DNA of 11,196 nucleotides from a virus (Duplodnaviria; Heunggongvirae; Uroviricota; Caudoviricetes): IMG/VR virus record IMGVR_UViG_2541047814_000003, positions 1 to 11,196 of that record; one strand, 5' to 3'. Shown piece by piece: positions 5,849 to 11,196 of this stretch (position 1 is its first letter; each line of letters starts with the position of its first letter). The notes under the pieces were generated by a model. It saw only the letters and a program-made list of their open reading frames with translations, ran no database searches and was not told where the DNA came from. The position numbers and the translations under genes were made by a program.

Positions 5849-7666
5849 TTAATTTTTGCTGTCGTCATTAGTGACCGATACACATGATGGCATCCAGTCT
5901 TCTGATTCCTCCGTCAGTGTCACGTTTGAACGCAAACCGTGCTTCGTTTTCCGTTTCATATACTCCCTGCCATATTCCGCCATTGCCCCCGGCATATCTT
6001 TACCGAAGCGCGTCAGTGTTACAGGTTTACCAAACCCATGTGCCCTCATATAAGCCAGATAGGCATGATAGAGATACCTGCGTGGGCTGAATGGCACAAT
6101 TTCAGCATTACCCACTAACAGGCCATCACACATTACCGACGCCATGAGATAGCCGCAGAAGTCCACCAGCGAATCCCCCTCTCGCTTTATCGCCAGTGCT
6201 TCTTCAGATTTCTGCTGCTCATATAACAGGCGTCTGGCTTCGTCCTGGTCAGCAAACCGTGTAAGCAGATGGCGAATCACTACCGCCAGCTCACCTTCTA
6301 TTTTTTCCGCCAGCATTGGATCGCGTTCGTTCTCCGGTACAACTTCCGAAAAATTGAATATCACCCGACGACGTGAGATCCCCCCGCTGCGGTCACTGAA
6401 TGACATGGCGTTATTGTTAACCGCCAGCACTACTGCCGGAATACGCGTTGAGTAGGGGGCTTTGTGTTTCGGGTCAATTGCCACCTTGTCACCGCCTGTA
6501 ATGGCCTTAATTCCTGCGCCATCACCAGCGTAACGGGTCATATCCGGCATGATAATCAGCGAAAAGCCAACCACTAACGCGCGTTCCCTGGCATCTTCCA
6601 GCGCCTTCATGCTTGCCGATACCGTGTTGGCCTTACCCGCCAGCATGGTGCAAATCTCCGCCATCACGCTTTTACCACTTCCCCCTGGACCTGTTACCTC
6701 AATGAATAACTGCCAGTCGTACCGGTTCGCCAGCACCATGAATAATGCAGCCAGTACGCGATCCGCCTTGCGGTCATTCTCAGCCACCGAACGGCGTAAC
6801 CACTTCCAGAAATTCGGCGCATGTGTTGCCAGCGTTTCCCCCTCTGCTGGTGGGCTGAAAGGTAATTCACTGGCAATTAACAACCAGTCGTTTTTGTTAT
6901 GCTCCCGAAAATTACCTGTTCTGGTATCAAATACCCCGTTACTGAATCCAATCAGGTTACGGGCTGTATTCCCCATTACAGGCAAACTTAACTTCATGGT
7001 ATCGACCGCCGATTTAATGGCGTTCTGCGAATAGCTGATCTCCGCATCAATGAAAATCTGCGCCATAGCTCGCTGTAATTCTTTATCCTGTACTGGCTCC
7101 CATACAACGCCGTTGTAATGGTGAACAGTGTCAGAGTCGGCATGAATCGCCAGTTCACCGCCATAATGTGCCAGGAGAACTTCGCCGCGTTGACTTGCTC
7201 CCATCTGGTTAAGCGCCAGTGATGAAGCGTTATCGTCTTTTACCCGCTCTTTTTTCTTTACAGGCAGTTCAACTACCTTTTTCTTTTCCGTCAGCTCTCC
7301 CCGCTCACGTTCCAGATATTCGCGCCAGTTCTCCCGTTTCTGGCTGTGCATTCCTTCAGGGTAATAATCAGCATCCCTGACACCTGCCGCTGCCAGTTTC
7401 TGCCCGATGGTATTAACAAGCCCCGGACGCAATAACCCCGCCTGATAGAGACGCACGCGATAGCGTCCGTCCGGTACGATTTGCAGGTTGTCCAGTTCGG
7501 CAAGTTGTTGCTCTCCAAGCCAGACAGGAGGCACGTTATCGCCAGCCAGTCGCCCGTCCTGTTCCTGCCACTGCTTCGCATGTGCCCACGCATCACTACC
7601 CGCAAAAATGATGACTTCCGTCATTTTGTCACGCGGCTGGTGTTTTAAATTTGGCGCTTTTTTCAT
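5849..7666 (-). CDS. Replication protein, P4 alpha-like primase/helicase (D5_N-like region plus SF3 helicase; phage/plasmid primase P4-family C-terminal domain)
   Basis: 605 aa from ATG at 7666 (GGAGAG SD, 7-nt spacer; track start 7681 is GTG). Walker A VTGPGGSGKS; helicase-like context; TGTTCACC iterons immediately 3' of the gene. Confidence 0.9.
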   Translation of the reverse strand: MKKAPNLKHQPRDKMTEVIIFAGSDAWAHAKQWQEQDGRLAGDNVPPVWLGEQQLAELDNLQIVPDGRYRVRLYQAGLLRPGLVNTIGQKLAAAGVRDADYYPEGMHSQKRENWREYLERERGELTEKKKVVELPVKKKERVKDDNASSLALNQMGASQRGEVLLAHYGGELAIHADSDTVHHYNGVVWEPVQDKELQRAMAQIFIDAEISYSQNAIKSAVDTMKLSLPVMGNTARNLIGFSNGVFDTRTGNFREHNKNDWLLIASELPFSPPAEGETLATHAPNFWKWLRRSVAENDRKADRVLAALFMVLANRYDWQLFIEVTGPGGSGKSVMAEICTMLAGKANTVSASMKALEDARERALVVGFSLIIMPDMTRYAGDGAGIKAITGGDKVAIDPKHKAPYSTRIPAVVLAVNNNAMSFSDRSGGISRRRVIFNFSEVVPENERDPMLAEKIEGELAVVIRHLLTRFADQDEARRLLYEQQKSEEALAIKREGDSLVDFCGYLMASVMCDGLLVGNAEIVPFSPRRYLYHAYLAYMRAHGFGKPVTLTRFGKDMPGAMAEYGREYMKRKTKHGLRSNVTLTEESEDWMPSCVSVTNDDSKN

Positions 7667-7962
7667 TTCTGCTCTCTCCACGCGGCAATCATGTTTTTCA
7701 GTTCCTGTAGTTTTTTATCCACATTCACACGTGACACATGGTTTTTTCTGGAAAGCGGGATTTCCCGCCTGAATCTGCTAATAAAGATCTCCACGTTCAG
7801 CGAACTATGAAATGAATAGCCATCACGAATAAAATACACACGGTCAAACATCAGCTCTTTTACCGTTACTCTGTTACCGTTCTTATCCAGATAAATAGCG
7901 CCGGGGATAATTTTGGGGTGTGCATAACCGCTGGCAGTCAAGCCAGATAAATATGTTCTCAT
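7663..7962 (-). CDS. Hypothetical protein (99 aa), AT-rich cargo-like gene
   Basis: ATG at 7962 preceded by GGGGA; stop TGA overlaps the primase ATG (ATGA coupling at 7663-7666). Confidence 0.6.
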   Translation of the reverse strand: MRTYLSGLTASGYAHPKIIPGAIYLDKNGNRVTVKELMFDRVYFIRDGYSFHSSLNVEIFISRFRREIPLSRKNHVSRVNVDKKLQELKNMIAAWREQK

Positions 7963-7968
7963 GATTAT

Positions 7969-8289
7969 TTATCCCCGATTTGAATCAGTATTCGCTTTCT
8001 TTATGGCATTTAATGCATCTGTGGCATTTTCAATGGTGCACCGTAACGAAATATCAAACTGCCCAAGCATTGCCAGTAACAAACCGATATTACCCATATC
8101 AATGCGCATGGCCTTTTCGTCATAGTCCTCATTTTCTGACGCATGCCACATCAGGCTACCAATTGACGCAACAGCCATTGATATATTGTCAGTAGCCCCA
8201 TCAGCAGCGGAATAAACCTTTTTAGCAATATCATGCTCACAGTTAAAATGCGGATTAATCAGGTACTGGTAATTTGACATATCAGGCAT
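7969..8289 (-). CDS. Hypothetical protein (106 aa), AT-rich cargo-like gene
   Basis: ATG at 8289 preceded by GGGGGT with 5-nt spacer; overlaps upstream gene stop; sampled 100 bp (8001-8100) is about 40% G+C versus about 58% in a sampled primase segment. Confidence 0.6.
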   Translation of the reverse strand: MPDMSNYQYLINPHFNCEHDIAKKVYSAADGATDNISMAVASIGSLMWHASENEDYDEKAMRIDMGNIGLLLAMLGQFDISLRCTIENATDALNAIKKANTDSNRG

Positions 8290-8485
8290 GGCACACCCCC
8301 TGACGAATACGGGCGGCGAATACCATCACGCAGCCAGCCGGGGATTGCTGGCGTGCTTCCTGTTCGCTGGTGGCCACGATGTGAATCACGCGCGGTTGTG
8401 CGGTGCTCAGGGCGATAAAACGCCAGATGTATTTATTCAGGTTGTACGAGTCCCGCCCTTGCGGGTGTATGGTATAATTTCTCAT
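8282..8485 (-). CDS. Hypothetical small protein (67 aa), first gene of the replication operon
   Basis: Internal ATG at 8485 of the 348-aa track ORF, preceded by GAGG with 5-nt spacer; stop overlaps the next gene's start (ATGCCTGA). Upstream part of the 348-aa frame is low-complexity and treated as non-coding. Confidence 0.5.
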   Translation of the reverse strand: MRNYTIHPQGRDSYNLNKYIWRFIALSTAQPRVIHIVATSEQEARQQSPAGCVMVFAARIRQGVCHA

Positions 8486-8579
8486 AGCTGCCTCGATAAT
8501 CTTGCTATCGTTGGTGGTTAGAAGCCCCGTTACTGCTCCTACAGTGCGGGGTTTCGTCGTTTCTGCACCTTGTATTAAC

Positions 8580-8660
8580 AAGGTGTAAGTAACTTTATTT
8601 ATAGGTGGCTTACATGTCAATGCTTTTATGTAAGACTTTTTATGTGTATATTGTCTTACA
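8580..8660. promoter_or_regulatory. Divergent control region with alternating TGTAAG / CTTACA hexamers (operator-like) and a candidate leftward promoter
   Basis: TGTAAG at 8584-8589 and 8629-8634, CTTACA at 8609-8614 and 8654-8659, spaced 20-25 bp; minus-strand TTGACA (plus coords 8615-8620) with a 17-bp spacer to TAAAGT (8592-8597). Confidence 0.45.
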
Positions 8661-8681
8661 CTTTCATTGAGAGGATTACAG

Positions 8682-8987
8682 ATGGCTACAGGTTCAAAAA
8701 ACGCAAAATCACAATCACTGACAGCTCGGATCCCGCATGATGTTATTGAAGGCATGGAATCCGTAAAACTGGACGGTGAAAGCAACGCCGGATTCATAGT
8801 AACCGCCATGCGCGGTGAAATCGCCCGCCGCCAGGCAGAAGGAAGCGGAGAAAACCTCCTGGTTTCTTCGCTCGATGCCCTAGCGCAGGTGGAAAAAATC
8901 GGAGTCAAAGCCGCCGAGGAGATCGGGCAACTCGTCACCGTCGCGCGTGAAGAACTCCAGCGACGCAAGGTCAAAGAGCAGGAATAG
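8682..8987 (+). CDS. Hypothetical regulator, possible ribbon-helix-helix DNA-binding protein (101 aa)
   Basis: ATG at 8682 with GAGGA at 8671-8675; N-terminal segment LTARIPHDVIEGMESV...AGFIVTAMRGEIARRQ resembles a strand-helix-helix layout; divergently transcribed from the replication operon. Track ORF start at 8667 is a non-ATG codon without SD. Confidence 0.55.
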   Translation: MATGSKNAKSQSLTARIPHDVIEGMESVKLDGESNAGFIVTAMRGEIARRQAEGSGENLLVSSLDALAQVEKIGVKAAEEIGQLVTVAREELQRRKVKEQE

Positions 8988-9044
8988 CCACTATCAGCGC
9001 CATAGTTTGAGGAACGCAGGCGCATTGCTTTACAGGACAGCACC

Positions 9045-9224
9045 ATGAGCGACACAGAATCAACCAAAACACCATCACCAACTCGTAAGAGACGACGCAA
9101 AAATATAGCGCATGAACATGAATCAGAAAGATTCGCACCTTGTTCGTTTGCTCTTGAGAAATTCCTTAAAGAGCACAGGAAAAAGCTCTCGTTGCAAACC
9201 TTGGAACGAACCAAATCTGACTGA
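9045..9224 (+). CDS. Small basic hypothetical protein (59 aa), below the ORF-track size cutoff
   Basis: ATG at 9045 preceded by AGGA at 9034-9037 (7-nt spacer); translation MSDTESTKTPSPTRKRRRKNIAHEHESERFAPCSFALEKFLKEHRKKLSLQTLERTKSD, stop TGA 9222-9224. Manual translation only. Confidence 0.35.
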   Translation: MSDTESTKTPSPTRKRRRKNIAHEHESERFAPCSFALEKFLKEHRKKLSLQTLERTKSD

Positions 9225-9291
9225 TCACATTGCCCACCAGCCGCAAATGTGGCATTGTTGGTGATGCGTTCAAGTTTAGTGTGTATCCATT

Positions 9292-9319
9292 GGCGACCGC
9301 CCCCGGTCGCCTTTGTTAT
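9292..9319 (+). terminator. Putative rho-independent terminator ending the two plus-strand genes
   Basis: Stem GGCGACCG (9292-9299) / CGGTCGCC (9304-9311) with CCCC loop, followed by TTTGTTAT. Confidence 0.5.
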
Positions 9320-9338
9320 ATATGTCATATGCTCCCCT

Positions 9339-9548
9339 TTACGCTGCCTTACCTGAATTAATGCGATCCCGGCTTTTAACCCATTCCATAACCTCGGACA
9401 GCAGCCAACCTACAGAACGCCCACCAAGATTACGGCGAGACGGAAAGCTCCCTTTTTTCTCCAGTTCGTAGCGTGTAGTGCGACACACTCCAGTTAACTT
9501 ACGACATTCATCCTCACGGATTACGCGATCTTCATTTATTTCACGCAT
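9339..9548 (-). CDS. alpA: AlpA-family (CP4-57 AlpA / Vis-like) MerR-type HTH transcriptional regulator, excisionase-like
   Basis: 69-aa reading from internal ATG at 9548; segment RVIREDECRKLTGVCRTTRYELEKKGSFPSRRNLGGRSVGWLLSEVMEWVKSR matches the AlpA pattern (GGRSVxW...EV.EW). The track ORF starts at a GTG at 9635 whose SD-like AAGAG abuts the start, so the shorter form is preferred; start is uncertain. Confidence 0.82.
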   Translation of the reverse strand: MREINEDRVIREDECRKLTGVCRTTRYELEKKGSFPSRRNLGGRSVGWLLSEVMEWVKSRDRINSGKAA

Positions 9549-9957
9549 ACAAAAACCTACATAAAAATTACGTATATAAACTTTTCTCTTAGCTGTAGAT
9601 ATATGAGATCGGATATTACTTAGATTCTTTTTCACCTCTTAAATTAAAAACACAACCATGCTAAAGGCTTTGTTCGCTAAGGTTCGTAGAAGCTCGTTAG
9701 TGTTTAAAATCGTGTCACGAGTTTTTAAGCGACGCAACAAAAAATGTCGTTATTTGGCATGACACCTGAATTACCTCATTAAAAACAAATAGATAAACCA
9801 TCAGGTGTTGGAACAATCAAGAAACAGAGAATAAGAACTAAGAAGAAGACATTTCAAATTTTTTCAATACTTGACACATATAAATCGTCGATATTTGCCG
9901 ATATTCGACGATTTATTTTAGAGGGCCATTTTTCGCAAGAAAAACAGCCGTAATTTG

Positions 9958-11196
9958 TCAAGAATTTTGGGAGTAAATTCGCGGGGTAATAACAACGATT
10001 TTTTCATCATTGTTCTGGAGAAGCTCGAGACGCTCAACCCATAGATTAAGAGCGTCACGTTTTGCATCGAGATAACGGGAGTGATTATAGACTCGTTGCA
10101 TTCCTGGCAACTGGTGCGCGGTTAGCTGCTCCACTACATGAGGATCCACGCCTAAATCGTTCAGCATCGTTGTAAACGTGTGCCGGATGTCGTGCAACGT
10201 CCAGGGGGCTTGATTAATGCGTCTGTGTGCCGTTCTTCCGTACTCTGATACAGATGATTGCCCTTTCAGTTCTCCGAGTAATAAGCCCGTGTGTCGGTTC
10301 TGCTCCACCAGCTTCGTTACGAACGGCAAGATCGCTTCCGGTATTGGCCTGAATATTGCTACCTTCGTTTTGCTGTGTTCTTTCGGCACAGTCCAGAGCA
10401 TTTCTTTAAAATCCCATTCCTGGACCTCAGAGCGTCTTAGCTCAGTGGTACGGCATCCGAAGACAATCAGGAGGCGAATCAGGGCGCTGTAGTACGGTGT
10501 GTAAATTTTTTCATCCAGGGCGCGTAGTAATTCCCCAAGCTCCTTGTTTGTTAGTACGCGCTCGCTTATTTCTGCTTTTTTCCCAACATCACCTACAACC
10601 ATATCATCTAGAACGTTGGTAATTGCGTAGCGTCGTTTGCGGCAGTACTTAAGCGCCTGCTTGCATACCTGTAACAAAAATCCTGCTGATACCGGATTAC
10701 GCATAGCAAGCTGATCAAAACAGGTCAGCCAGTGGCGTAGCTCGCATTTTTCCAGCGGCATAGCACCAATATGGCTGATTATGTGTGTATTGATCCGGCT
10801 TTTCAGAGATTCGTAATCTGTGCGCTTTTCCTTCGCGTACGATTCAAGCCAGTAAGTGAGCGCTTCCTTAACCGTAACAGGTGATAACGCTTCCTGTACG
10901 GTGTGATTAAGCTCATGGCGTGGATTTTTACCCTCAGCAAGCCAGGCGCGACACTGCGACGCTTTTTCCCTGGCTGCTTTCAGGCTCAAATCTGGATAAT
11001 TTCCCAGCCTCAGACGTTCAGGGGCTACCTTCCTGCCTGTTCCGGCCCTGTAAGTGAAATACCAGGTTAACAGGCCATTGGTTGAATGCCTTACGCTAAG
11101 GTTGCCACCATCATTAAAAAAGGTGTTTTTTGTGGTTGGTGATCCGCTTAATTTTCGTAAAAGAGTGTCGCTAAGTCTATGAATTGCCCTGCTCAT
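9958..11196 (-). CDS. int: Tyrosine site-specific integrase (P4-type phage integrase)
   Basis: 412-aa ORF; N-terminal arm-binding-like segment (FFNDGGNLSV...WYFTYR...LGNYPDLSLKAAR), C-terminal catalytic motifs HDIRHTF (HxxR) and RVYNHSRY (catalytic Tyr). Start codon sits at the window edge, so the true N-terminus cannot be fully verified. Confidence 0.92.
   Translation of the reverse strand: MSRAIHRLSDTLLRKLSGSPTTKNTFFNDGGNLSVRHSTNGLLTWYFTYRAGTGRKVAPERLRLGNYPDLSLKAAREKASQCRAWLAEGKNPRHELNHTVQEALSPVTVKEALTYWLESYAKEKRTDYESLKSRINTHIISHIGAMPLEKCELRHWLTCFDQLAMRNPVSAGFLLQVCKQALKYCRKRRYAITNVLDDMVVGDVGKKAEISERVLTNKELGELLRALDEKIYTPYYSALIRLLIVFGCRTTELRRSEVQEWDFKEMLWTVPKEHSKTKVAIFRPIPEAILPFVTKLVEQNRHTGLLLGELKGQSSVSEYGRTAHRRINQAPWTLHDIRHTFTTMLNDLGVDPHVVEQLTAHQLPGMQRVYNHSRYLDAKRDALNLWVERLELLQNNDEKIVVITPRIYSQNS

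Larger units (their letters stand above)
1320..11196. mobile_element. Integrated phage satellite / phage-inducible chromosomal island-like element (interior only; boundaries and att sites not resolved in window)
   Basis: Co-occurrence of tyrosine integrase, AlpA-family regulator, P4-alpha-like primase/helicase with adjacent TGTTCACC iterons, lambda-type cos, Nu1-like TerS and a partial head-gene set without portal/TerL/tail genes; compact minus-strand operon organisation. Confidence 0.75.

Noticed and set aside
5856-7772. ORFs overlapping the primase (5856-6053, 5884-6090, 6549-7034, 6694-6876, 7291-7605, 7488-7772)
   Set aside because: Shadow frames within a well-supported 605-aa primase/helicase gene.
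8282-9328. 348-aa minus-strand ORF
   Set aside because: Most of the translation is low-complexity (S/R/C/T-rich), antisense to two plus-strand genes with good RBSs, and crosses the divergent control region. Only the last 67 codons from ATG 8485 (with SD and coupling to the next gene) were kept.
9549-9635. Longer AlpA form starting at GTG 9635 (98 aa)
   Set aside because: The SD-like AAGAG abuts the GTG with no spacer and the 29-residue extension has no counterpart in AlpA-family proteins; the 69-aa form was preferred, though the ATG at 9548 also lacks a clear SD.
1-11196. tRNA or tmRNA gene marking the integration site
   Set aside because: I found no cloverleaf-compatible sequence with a T-loop-like GTTCRANYC motif; the site is probably beyond 11196, upstream of int.
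1-11196. Large defense-system genes (nucleases, ATPases, methyltransferases, toxin-antitoxin pairs)
   Set aside because: None seen. The only ATPase signature is the primase Walker A; the unknown ORFs are all small (59-137 aa), so no classical defense system can be asserted.

Overview
The window reads as the interior of an integrated phage satellite (PICI / P4-like chromosomal island); neither island boundary nor a tRNA/att site is visible. Almost all genes are on the minus strand. From the right edge: a P4-type tyrosine integrase, an AlpA-family regulator, a short divergent control region with two plus-strand regulator-like genes, then a translationally coupled operon of three small unknown genes ending in a P4 alpha-like primase/helicase (Walker A GPGGSGKS). 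Immediately 3' of the primase is a cluster of TGTTCACC octamers, the P4 type I iteron sequence, i.e. a putative origin. Further left come three small genes (unknown, SSB-like OB-fold, tentative PerC-like), stacked terminators, and a promoter/palindrome driving a lambda-like head module: 68-aa unknown, major capsid protein (lambda gpE family), decoration protein (gpD-like), 137-aa unknown. This is followed by a terminator, a lambda-type cos site (cosN GGGCGGCGACCT exact, flanking cosB region divergent) and a Nu1-like small terminase. No portal, protease, large terminase or tail genes occur in the window. The leftmost 1.3 kb is non-coding and densely repetitive. The most interesting reading is a satellite that combines a P4-type replication/integration backbone with its own lambda-family capsid, decoration, TerS and cos, implying hijacking of a cos-type lambdoid helper. 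All homology calls are from reading the translations and recalled reference sequences; no database search was run.
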